Source: Ignavibacteria bacterium (GTDB lineage: Bacteria > Bacteroidota > Ignavibacteria > Ch128b). From it: 64,000 bases of DNA. Positions within the stretch are counted from its first letter, which is position 1. Each line of letters starts with the position of its first letter. The translations under genes and the position numbers were made by a program. This document shows, one piece after another, positions 56,514 through 64,000 of the stretch. Location: the NCBI GenBank assembly GCA_013177855.1, contig JABLYA010000005.1, positions 7,426 through 71,425 on the forward strand. Direction: 5' to 3'. The notes under the pieces are model-generated. The model saw only the letters and a program-made list of their open reading frames with translations. It did not search any database and was not told where the DNA came from.

Positions 56514-57035
56514 TTACATTATGTTGTTTTGTTTTAAATGTATTTCGGTTAATATTATGAATTTAAATCCATTTTTTTCACACCAATATTTTGCTTTAGT
56601 CCATTTATATAAATTTTTTTGATATGTTTTTAATTGATATTCATACGATTCCCAGACTTTAGTAGATGAAGTTTTCATAGGCGTTATTGGTGTTTGTGTC
56701 TCTTTATGCGGTTTTATTTCAGCTACTATTTTGTCAAATTTCATTGGGTCTTTTTTATCAATTATTTCAATATAAAAATCTGGAAAATATCTATGATATT
56801 TACCATTTTCATCCTGATAAGGAATAGTTATAAATTCACAAGACCATCTTTTAATAGATGGGTTCATATCACACCAAACCATAAAATGAAATTCCCATTT
56901 TGACCTGAAAATACATTTTGTTGGATCGCCTATATACTTATCTACATTTTTTATTTGGTAAAAACCTTGATGCCAACGCTTTTTTCCGTTAGCTTTCATA
57001 TTTGTTTTACTATTTGGTAATTTATTATATCCCAT
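56514..57035 (-). CDS. gp4: Head completion protein, T4 gp4-like, with PD-(D/E)XK nuclease motif
   Basis: GDPTKCIFRSKWEFHFMVWCD...YFPDFYIEI...IVAEIKP gives a D...E.K arrangement. The gene context fits. Confidence 0.55.
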   Translation of the reverse strand: MGYNKLPNSKTNMKANGKKRWHQGFYQIKNVDKYIGDPTKCIFRSKWEFHFMVWCDMNPSIKRWSCEFITIPYQDENGKYHRYFPDFYIEIIDKKDPMKFDKIVAEIKPHKETQTPITPMKTSSTKVWESYEYQLKTYQKNLYKWTKAKYWCEKNGFKFIILTEIHLKQNNIM

Positions 57036-57180
57036 AATTTAAATTTATTATTTTTACCATAAAAATATTTGTAATATCTTGTTTCATAATTTTATATATT
57101 AAATTAATATTATCTATTAAAAATAAAAACACCACTTACTTTTATTGTAAGTGGTGCAAAAATTAAATATGTCTAATAAT

Positions 57181-57558
57181 TTAAATATGATGTAATCCTT
57201 TACCATCATTTGATGAATCTAAACTAATAAATTTAACAAGATTTTGTTGATGTGGTTTCCTACCATGAAGTTCGTTGTAACCTGCTGCAATTCCACGTTT
57301 GTAAATTTCTGTGAAATATGGTAAAGCATATTTGTATTTCTTTTCATCAAAATTATACCAATTCTCAAACATAATAAGTAGACCATTTTGCATACAGTCC
57401 AACATTTCATCTAAATCTTTATAATCTTTTTGTTTTTTACGAATTGTATTTTTTGCAATTAATTCAAAATACAATTCTGCTTTTTTAGTTAAATAACCTT
57501 TTCCTTTGGAAAGAACGATTTCATAGTATAAATCACTATCATCTAAGTAATTAGCCAT
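57181..57558 (-). CDS. gp55: Late-transcription sigma factor, T4 gp55-like
   Basis: DLYYEIVLSKGKGYLTKKAELYFELIA...WYNFDEKKYKYALPYFTEIYKRG parallels the gp55 pattern (..EI..SK..G.LT...; NFDE.KYKNP.AY.TQ). Confidence 0.65.
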   Translation of the reverse strand: MANYLDDSDLYYEIVLSKGKGYLTKKAELYFELIAKNTIRKKQKDYKDLDEMLDCMQNGLLIMFENWYNFDEKKYKYALPYFTEIYKRGIAAGYNELHGRKPHQQNLVKFISLDSSNDGKGLHHI

Positions 57559-57699
57559 AATTATTTTTAATTTATTTTTTTTTTGGTTTTAGTAAAATAA
57601 AGCTTTAAAAAAATCTATTCTGTTATGGCTTTTAAAAATTGTAAAAGGCGAAAACAATGTTCTCACGTTAATTTTTATACATGCATATTGAAAAAAAGT

Positions 57700-57740
57700 T
57701 TAAAAAACCTCAACATCAGAGTGTTGAGGTTTTTTATTTT
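57700..57740 (-). terminator. Rho-independent terminator
   Basis: Stem aacctcaaca/tgttgaggtt with flanking runs on both strands. Confidence 0.7.
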
Positions 57741-57759
57741 CGTGGTAATCAGTACATTA

Positions 57760-59046
57760 CTATTTTAATAAAGTTTTTCTTGCAGCTGATTTTTTAGCTT
57801 TGATTTCATTCATTTCGAGAGTCAATTTATGTTTGTAAACTAATAAATTATTGTAAGTAAGTTTTAATTCCTTATTTTCTTTTATTAATTCTTCGTTTTC
57901 TGCTAACATTTTAATTGATTCATTAACATCTTGAAGTTTAATATCAATTTGTCGTTCACGATCTTCTAAACCTCTTAAAATTTTTAATTCTTTTGAAAGT
58001 TTATTTTCATAGAAATGAGTTAGGTCATAATCCAATTCTTTTTGAACATCGTGAATAAGTTCGCTTGCATTATCATATGCGTAAAACTTCGAACCTGTTC
58101 TTGTATCTTTATTATAGATATACATTTTATCTTTATAGTTGAAACAAATCGATTCAGTAAAAGGATTTAAAAGGTTTGTAACTTTTAAAGCAATATCCAA
58201 TTCAACAAATTTGTTAATATTGTTTATTGTCGATTCAACTAAATTGTAATAATCTTTTTTAAGATAAGGAATAACAGGTGAATTAAAAAGAGTTTCTAAT
58301 GTTGTTTCTTTGTCAAGTTTTTTACCGTTTAAAAAAACATTATTATTTTTTGTTGAAATTCCTAATGTTAAGTTTTCATCAATTTTAAAATTGATCATAT
58401 TTTCTTCAATTTCTGCAATTTGAAGAACTTTTTCTAACATTCTAATGTTTCTAATTTTCTCTGGATCTTTTACATAATCATCAGCGATAACTTGTTTAAT
58501 TTCAGATTCGGTGATTAAAAACCATCTATCAGCAACAAATGTTAAATGACCTTCTTCAACTTTTTCAACTAATGTGAAAACTTTTGAAGCTTTACCAGAA
58601 TTTTTAAGATTTTGTCTTTCAACTGGTGATGTAGTCATCTTCATTAAGAAAAATTTAATTTCAGGAATCCAATCATAGATTGATAATTCGTTAAGAATTG
58701 ATTCCATTCTAGCATCATCATCTTGTTTGTTAATTGTTTCTAAAAGTTGAACTAAAGCTGGTCTATATAAAACACCATGATTTTTTCTTTCAATTTTTTT
58801 GTAAAGGTCTTTCAATTCATATACTAAAGGCATACTTTGAATTTCTTCTTGTACAGCTTCTAATAAAGACTTTACTTCAGGATAATATCTGAATTCTTGT
58901 AAAGAATGATTTAAAGATTCTTTCAATTCTATTTCAGATAAATTGTCATAATTTTCAAGATGTGTTTGTGCAATTCTTGCTACATCTAATTGTTCTAAAT
59001 TTAACTTATTTTTAAAGTTAAATAATTCTAATTTAATGTTTGCCAT
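57760..59046 (-). CDS. Hypothetical structural/neck-module protein with C-terminal coiled coil
   Basis: 428-aa ORF between the gp15-like and gp55-like genes. Confidence 0.45.
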   Translation of the reverse strand: MANIKLELFNFKNKLNLEQLDVARIAQTHLENYDNLSEIELKESLNHSLQEFRYYPEVKSLLEAVQEEIQSMPLVYELKDLYKKIERKNHGVLYRPALVQLLETINKQDDDARMESILNELSIYDWIPEIKFFLMKMTTSPVERQNLKNSGKASKVFTLVEKVEEGHLTFVADRWFLITESEIKQVIADDYVKDPEKIRNIRMLEKVLQIAEIEENMINFKIDENLTLGISTKNNNVFLNGKKLDKETTLETLFNSPVIPYLKKDYYNLVESTINNINKFVELDIALKVTNLLNPFTESICFNYKDKMYIYNKDTRTGSKFYAYDNASELIHDVQKELDYDLTHFYENKLSKELKILRGLEDRERQIDIKLQDVNESIKMLAENEELIKENKELKLTYNNLLVYKHKLTLEMNEIKAKKSAARKTLLK

Positions 59047-59149
59047 TTTTATTTATTTATTTTTTTAAATTATATCTTGCACCTTTTAAGATTTTTGGAT
59101 ACAATTTTATCTTATTTATATATTGAAAGAAAAAACTCATTTTTTTCTA

Positions 59150-59177
59150 AATAAAAAACCTCTCGGTTGAGAGGTTA
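59150..59177 (-). terminator. Rho-independent terminator overlapping the stop codon of the gp15-like gene
   Basis: Stem aacctctc/gagaggtt followed by a U-run on the minus strand. Confidence 0.6.
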
Positions 59178-60203
59178 TTCATCTAAATCATTATCATTTA
59201 GTTTTTTATCAGGTTTACTTTCACTATCATCTATAGGGTTAACATCAAAATCTTGTTTTCTCCAAGTTGTTGGATTTGGATTTTTATTTCTTTCTTCTCT
59301 AATTCTTTTTTGAGCTGGGTTTTCTTTAACATCATTTAAAATTTCTTGTTGATTAATTTCATGAAAATATGTATCCCAATATACTCTTTTTATTTCTGTC
59401 ATACCTTCTATTTCTGTAGAACCATTACCACTAAAAGCAGTTTGACCAAAGTTCTTATTGTAATTTTTTAAACTGTCTAAAAAGTTACTAGATGGTTTTG
59501 GTATTCCGATATAATCCCAATTTAATTGATCATCATTATCACAAGTAATTAAATCGTCAATACCAATTCTAAAAATAGGATAATATGTTTTTACTTCTAA
59601 TGAAAATTTTATCATCTTTTTTCTTTCAGATTCCATCGATATTTCTCTAACAATTTCAATTGTTTTATCATCAGGTAATGACAACAGAGCATCTATTTTT
59701 ATTCCAAAATAGTCTATGTTGAAATACATATAATTATAAAAAATATTCATTAATTTTTGTGAACATTTATCAACTTCATTTGATGTCGCTAATTGTATTT
59801 CAATATCATAATTAATTGAAATTGGGACAGCTTTAACTTTAGATATTATTCTTCTGAGTGTACCATTAATATCGGTTTTTTGTGATAAATATTGATTTGG
59901 GTTTGCAAATTCGTCTGAACGTGATGCAAACCCTGTCCAAGTTATAATACCTCTCTGATATTGATCTGTATTTAAATTTACTCTTTTATCAACAATGTCA
60001 TCAACAAAAGCATCTAAACAAAATCTTTCGTCACCTGTTAAACTTGTATAGAATGGAATTGTAACTCTTAATCTTCCAGTATCATTTTCATTTGTTGGTT
60101 CGAAATAATTGATCCACCTAATTTGTCTTGTCATAGTTTTAGCTAAAGCTACTGTAACCATCCTAAAAAATTGATTGTCAAAATCATATGTGTAATCTAT
60201 CAT
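59175..60203 (-). CDS. gp15: Tail sheath stabiliser / tail completion protein, T4 gp15-like
   Basis: N-terminal ..FFRMVTVALAKTM..RLRVTIPFYTS.. compares with T4 ..FRRYATLMGDLF..FIRVPITYAS... The later YDIEIQL...NIFYNYMYF and IKFSLEVKTYYP segments parallel gp15. Confidence 0.55.
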   Translation of the reverse strand: MIDYTYDFDNQFFRMVTVALAKTMTRQIRWINYFEPTNENDTGRLRVTIPFYTSLTGDERFCLDAFVDDIVDKRVNLNTDQYQRGIITWTGFASRSDEFANPNQYLSQKTDINGTLRRIISKVKAVPISINYDIEIQLATSNEVDKCSQKLMNIFYNYMYFNIDYFGIKIDALLSLPDDKTIEIVREISMESERKKMIKFSLEVKTYYPIFRIGIDDLITCDNDDQLNWDYIGIPKPSSNFLDSLKNYNKNFGQTAFSGNGSTEIEGMTEIKRVYWDTYFHEINQQEILNDVKENPAQKRIREERNKNPNPTTWRKQDFDVNPIDDSESKPDKKLNDNDLDE

Positions 60204-60232
60204 AAAATTTTTATACCAGAATATTATTTTTA

Positions 60233-60243
60233 TTATATATTAA
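60233..60243 (-). promoter_or_regulatory. TTAATATATAA (minus strand) 29 nt upstream of ATG 60203
   Basis: Exact 11-mer. Confidence 0.5.
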
Positions 60244-60277
60244 AAAAACCCTCACAATATTTTGTGAGGGTTTTTTA
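60242..60277. terminator. Bidirectional hairpin terminator
   Basis: Stem ccctcaca/tgtgaggg flanked by A7 and T6 runs. Confidence 0.7.
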
Positions 60278-60292
60278 ATATTTACTAACCAA

Positions 60293-60739
60293 TTACATAA
60301 TTTTTCTTTTCTTTGATTTTTGTTCTTCTTTTTGTTTTTTTGTTAAAACAATATTCAAAACACCATCTTTAATATCTGCTGTTATTTTTTCAGTATTCAC
60401 ATTTTCAGGAATTGAAAACGATCTTACAAAAGATTTTTTCACGAATTCCTTTCTAGTGTAACCTTCATTACTTTGGGAATTAGTATCTTCTACCTTTGCT
60501 GAAATTGTAAGCATATCATCTTCAATTTCTACATTAGTTTCATCTTTAGTAAATCCAGGTAAAAGGATTTCTAAATTGTAAGATTCATTTGTTTCTTTTA
60601 CATTCATAGCGCCTAAAATATTGGTTGTTCTTGTAAACAATGTTGGTGTATAACCAAAAAACTCATCAACCATTTCATCGAATGTTTTGTCAAATGATTT
60701 AAATAATTCATAAGGTTGTTTAAATTTTACTAGTGTCAT
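60293..60739 (-). CDS. Small heat-shock protein (Hsp20 / alpha-crystallin family)
   Basis: MNVKETNESYNLEILLPGFTKDETNVEIEDDMLTISA...FVRSFSIPENVNTEKITADIKDGVLNIVLTK. The start is set at MTLVKFK (60739). Confidence 0.8.
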   Translation of the reverse strand: MTLVKFKQPYELFKSFDKTFDEMVDEFFGYTPTLFTRTTNILGAMNVKETNESYNLEILLPGFTKDETNVEIEDDMLTISAKVEDTNSQSNEGYTRKEFVKKSFVRSFSIPENVNTEKITADIKDGVLNIVLTKKQKEEQKSKKRKIM

Positions 60740-60909
60740 AATTCTATTGATTATTTTTTTTAAGTTAAACTTATTTGATTTGTTATTTTCAATTTTTATA
60801 CCAATATAAAATTTCGGATTTTTATACATATTTTGACATTAAAATAAAAAAAATATGTCATTTTGTCAGTAGTAAATTTTGTCAAATATAAAAAAGTTAT
60901 TGCTAAAAG

Positions 60910-60920
60910 TTAATATATAA
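60910..60920 (+). promoter_or_regulatory. TTAATATATAA (plus strand) 20 nt upstream of ATG 60941
   Basis: Exact 11-mer. Confidence 0.5.
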
Positions 60921-60940
60921 TAAAAATGTATTAAGTAAAA

Positions 60941-61255
60941 ATGATTACAAAATTTAATAATTTCTCTGGTGTTGTGAGTGTTAAAATAGATGATAATATC
61001 TTATACTTTCATTTAAAATATGATGAAAATATTAAACCTTTTAAGGTTGAATTATGGCTTCATGATGGTAAATATGATGATTTAAGTATTAACATAACAG
61101 ATTCTAAAAATTTGGGTCATAAAGAATTTTATTTAAATCCATTTATCAATTTAGAAATTGTTGAAACACTTAAAAATGAAGGTTTTATAGAAGAAACAGG
61201 AAAAGAAAGTGTAGCTGGTGATAAAAAAACAAAATCTTATCTTTTATTAATATGA
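60941..61255 (+). CDS. Hypothetical protein
   Basis: The ORF overlaps the next gene by 4 nt (ATGA). Confidence 0.5.
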   Translation: MITKFNNFSGVVSVKIDDNILYFHLKYDENIKPFKVELWLHDGKYDDLSINITDSKNLGHKEFYLNPFINLEIVETLKNEGFIEETGKESVAGDKKTKSYLLLI

Positions 61256-63252
61256 AACGAGTAAAAAACTTTAAACTATTTGAAAATTTTGAATATGAAA
61301 AATATCATGATGGTATTTATAAAAATAAACTATACGAATCACCAAATACAGTAACAATTAATGGAAGATATATTACTAGTATGTGTGAAAGTCCTTTAGA
61401 AATGATTTTTTTATATTCTAAGGATAAAAATCCAAAATTTTATTATGAAATTGGTTGTGAATGTCATGATAACCTTGCCAATAAAAACGGTGTTCGTTAC
61501 AACAGAGATAAACAGATCAGTGGTAGAGTTTTTATAAAAAATAAAATAATAACATTCTGGGTTTATCCATCAACATATGAGCAATTATTAAAAATTATTG
61601 ATGATATTAATGGTGGTTTAGAAAAAATAGGATTTAAGGTTGATGAAACTTGGAAGGTGGAAATTCCAATAAATAGAAATAAAATTTCAAATGATATAAC
61701 ATATATAAATGAATACGAACTTGTACCTATACATGAATATAAAGGTGGTGCTAAAACAAGTGAAGAAGAAATGAAAATACCACATTTAATTAATTGGAAA
61801 GAAAAACAAGAGCTTAAAAAGAAAGGTTGGGGAAAAGGTTTCGGTTCCGATATGACTGCCTGGAATTCTAAGAACCCATTATATTGGAGACAAGCTAAAT
61901 ATCAGGAGAATATTAAAAATTTTGATACTTTTATATTAAATGAAGGCAGAAAAGAAGATATATTACAAAAATTTCAAGATGAATATGGTAAGGGTTTAGG
62001 TTTATCACTATGGGAATCAGATCCAACAGAAAATAAAGCCTATATTGAATGGTTATTATCATTTATCAAAAGAAATGAAAAAGAATTAGGTATAGATAAA
62101 TTGAGATTATATAAAGGTGATAAAAATGATATTGGTAAGTTTATAAAAGAAAGAAATAAAGTTCAATCACTTTTAACTTCAATAATAAAGAAATATGATA
62201 ATAATAAAAAAGATTTTTCAAAACCAATTAATCAAATAAAAACTATTGAAGATTTAAAAAAAATATTGGATGAAAAAGATAAATTTGAAAAAGTTGCCAA
62301 TATAAATGATGAAAAATTTTGTAAAGTTTGGTTTAATAATTTAGAATGGATTGTTTTTCAACCGTTTAAATATGAAATTGCACAATTTGCTTATAAAAAA
62401 GATAGAAAAAGAAATTGGTGCACTACATATCAAAAAAGTCAATTTGATAATCATAATGGTGAAAAAGGAGGAATAATTTATTGTATTAATAAATTAGATT
62501 CAACAAAAGATGTGGCATTTGAATTATTTCCAAATGAAATAGTTAAAAAATGGGATTATGAAGATAATGATACTAAAATAGACATTTTTCAAATGAAGAA
62601 CGAATTTGAAGAAGGTTCTGAAATATATGAAATTTTTGATAATGAAATAGAACATGAAATTGAATTACCTACATTTTCTAGAAATGAATTAGAAGAAAAA
62701 GCAAGAGAATATTTTAGTGATATGGGTATAGAAGAGTTAGGTCTTAATGCTGATTCAATTTTCGATTATCTTGATATTAACAATTTTACTGAAAGTTGGA
62801 TTGAAGGTGAAGCCAAATATTTTGCAGATTCATTAATTGATATGATGAAAAGCTATGCTGATTGGGATTCTATATACAAATATATTACTAGAAGATATTC
62901 CATGGACACTTTGTTAGATTTCTTCGGTTGTGATAATGAAGATGAATTTAAAGAAAAATTCTATAAGGGTGAGGGTCAATATTATGATCATGATGATATT
63001 GAACGTCTAGTTGTAAAATATAATGATGAGTATAATTTTGCAAAATATTTTATGAATAAAATATACAAAGGTTATTCATCAAGAGATATATATGAAGAAT
63101 TTTTTGGTAATGCTGATAAAGCCAATATAAAAAAAATTTTAAATTTTGCTCGCAATCATTTTGATGAAGATAATTGGATAGACTATAAAATACAAAGTAT
63201 AATTAACGATATGACTGATGAAGATATATTAGAAATGGTTTTTGATATTTAA
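61252..63252 (+). CDS. 666-aa protein with CTS-like leader, the conserved GFGSDMTAW module and a WCT (PcfJ-like) segment
   Basis: MKRVKNFKLFENFEYE...; IPHLINWKEKQELKKKGWGKGFGSDMTAWNSKNPLYWRQAKYQE (paralog of nt 2..480); RKRNWCTTYQKSQFDNHNGEKGGIIYCINKLD. Confidence 0.55.
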   Translation: MKRVKNFKLFENFEYEKYHDGIYKNKLYESPNTVTINGRYITSMCESPLEMIFLYSKDKNPKFYYEIGCECHDNLANKNGVRYNRDKQISGRVFIKNKIITFWVYPSTYEQLLKIIDDINGGLEKIGFKVDETWKVEIPINRNKISNDITYINEYELVPIHEYKGGAKTSEEEMKIPHLINWKEKQELKKKGWGKGFGSDMTAWNSKNPLYWRQAKYQENIKNFDTFILNEGRKEDILQKFQDEYGKGLGLSLWESDPTENKAYIEWLLSFIKRNEKELGIDKLRLYKGDKNDIGKFIKERNKVQSLLTSIIKKYDNNKKDFSKPINQIKTIEDLKKILDEKDKFEKVANINDEKFCKVWFNNLEWIVFQPFKYEIAQFAYKKDRKRNWCTTYQKSQFDNHNGEKGGIIYCINKLDSTKDVAFELFPNEIVKKWDYEDNDTKIDIFQMKNEFEEGSEIYEIFDNEIEHEIELPTFSRNELEEKAREYFSDMGIEELGLNADSIFDYLDINNFTESWIEGEAKYFADSLIDMMKSYADWDSIYKYITRRYSMDTLLDFFGCDNEDEFKEKFYKGEGQYYDHDDIERLVVKYNDEYNFAKYFMNKIYKGYSSRDIYEEFFGNADKANIKKILNFARNHFDEDNWIDYKIQSIINDMTDEDILEMVFDI

Positions 63253-63268
63253 AAAATAATATTAAATT

Positions 63269-63853
63269 ATGAAATACTTACACACATACGAAAAATACTT
63301 ATTAATATTAGAAGTTGGTGAATGTTCTGTAGAACCTTATAAAATAGATAATTATTTAGAAATACCTGGTCCATTTAACACAAAGACTTTCAATTATATA
63401 TTTAATACTGATTCTGGTTTGAGATATTCTATTAATATTATGAGATATCCGAATGAATTTCATTTTAGAAAAAGTGATGTAAAAAATTGTGAAGTTATAG
63501 ACGATACTGTACAAGATTTTTATGATAAAGTGATATTGGTTTCTTATTTTACTTTTTATGGTGAAGATGAAGAAATGTTTTATACTTATGATGATGTTAC
63601 AATTCAGAATAAAGGTGAATTATATAAAATAATGTCTACTTTAAAATGGTGTATTGAAGATTATTTAAATAAAAATAATGAAATTAAATATATATTTATA
63701 GGTGGTCAAAGAGGTAAAAAAGGTAAAGATAAAGAACAAAGAGACAATTTATATCTTTATTATTTTAAAAAGAATAAGCCAAATTGGCAAATTGGTAAAA
63801 TATACTGTGATTCTATGAGAGAATATTATTATATAATAAAAATAAAAGATTAA
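63269..63853 (+). CDS. Hypothetical protein with CTS-like leader
   Basis: MKYLHTYEKYLLILEVGE... Confidence 0.5.
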   Translation: MKYLHTYEKYLLILEVGECSVEPYKIDNYLEIPGPFNTKTFNYIFNTDSGLRYSINIMRYPNEFHFRKSDVKNCEVIDDTVQDFYDKVILVSYFTFYGEDEEMFYTYDDVTIQNKGELYKIMSTLKWCIEDYLNKNNEIKYIFIGGQRGKKGKDKEQRDNLYLYYFKKNKPNWQIGKIYCDSMREYYYIIKIKD

Positions 63854-63856
63854 AAT

Positions 63857-64000
63857 ATGTTACATAATTATAAATCATTCATAATACTTAATGAGAGTAA
63901 AAGTAGAGATAAAAAACTTGAAAAACAAAGAGAAAAAATTTATAAGTTTTTGAAATTTGATCCTATCATTGATTATGTATTTGATAAAGTTGTAGATAAA
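63857..64000 (+). CDS. Hypothetical protein, 3' end outside the window, with CTS-like leader
   Basis: MLHNYKSFIILNESKSRDKK... is open to the window end. Confidence 0.45.
   Translation, partial: MLHNYKSFIILNESKSRDKKLEKQREKIYKFLKFDPIIDYVFDKVVDK

Noticed and set aside
60740-60829. Longer N-terminal extension of the Hsp20 ORF
   Set aside because: The extension has no similarity to sHSPs. MTLVKFKQPYE is a typical sHSP N-terminus. The extension overlaps probable regulatory repeats.
1-64000. Integrated prophage or attachment sites
   Set aside because: No integrase, flanking host genes or att-like direct repeats were recognised. The only recombinase trace is the TnpA remnant.

Overview
Very AT-rich, tightly packed coding DNA from a large T4-like tailed phage (gp23/gp20/gp21/gp55-type). 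The host is most likely a member of Bacteroidota, judged from a T9SS C-terminal sorting domain, TAnnTTTG promoter elements and Bacteroidota-style signal peptides. Recognisable core: (a) a minus-strand morphogenesis block at 49.6-60.2 kb with gp15-like tail completion protein, gp55-like late sigma factor, gp4-like head completion nuclease, portal, prohead protease, scaffold and major capsid protein; (b) giant tail-fibre/baseplate-type genes at 4.9-21.2 kb; (c) an 1127-aa multi-pass membrane, tape-measure-like protein; (d) only the N-terminal part (exonuclease motifs plus motif A) of a family-B DNA polymerase; (e) nucleotide-metabolism genes (DeoC, Nudix, dUTPase, HAD 5'-nucleotidase), two of them disrupted. 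Accessory content: a decayed IS607-like element that keeps a TnpB-like RuvC nuclease, a host-style secreted-protein cassette, a tandem LRR-like gene array with remnants, a signal-peptide HNH nuclease, a J-domain protein and a nuclease/Mom-like fusion. Two upstream motif classes are visible: host-type TAnnTTTG, and a conserved TTAATATATAA 11-mer about 20-30 nt upstream of structural genes. Most interesting observations: (1) a dozen or more proteins start with a leader closely resembling the T4 capsid targeting sequence MKTYQEFIAE; (2) an array of mini-modules copies the N-terminal segment of the major capsid protein; (3) the protease and scaffold genes are separated by a single extra base inside a shared 42-bp repeat array; (4) frameshifts and nonsense codons hit accessory genes but spare the huge structural ORFs. 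All functional calls come from motif recognition by eye, since no database search or computation was possible. No rRNA, tRNA or CRISPR array was recognised.
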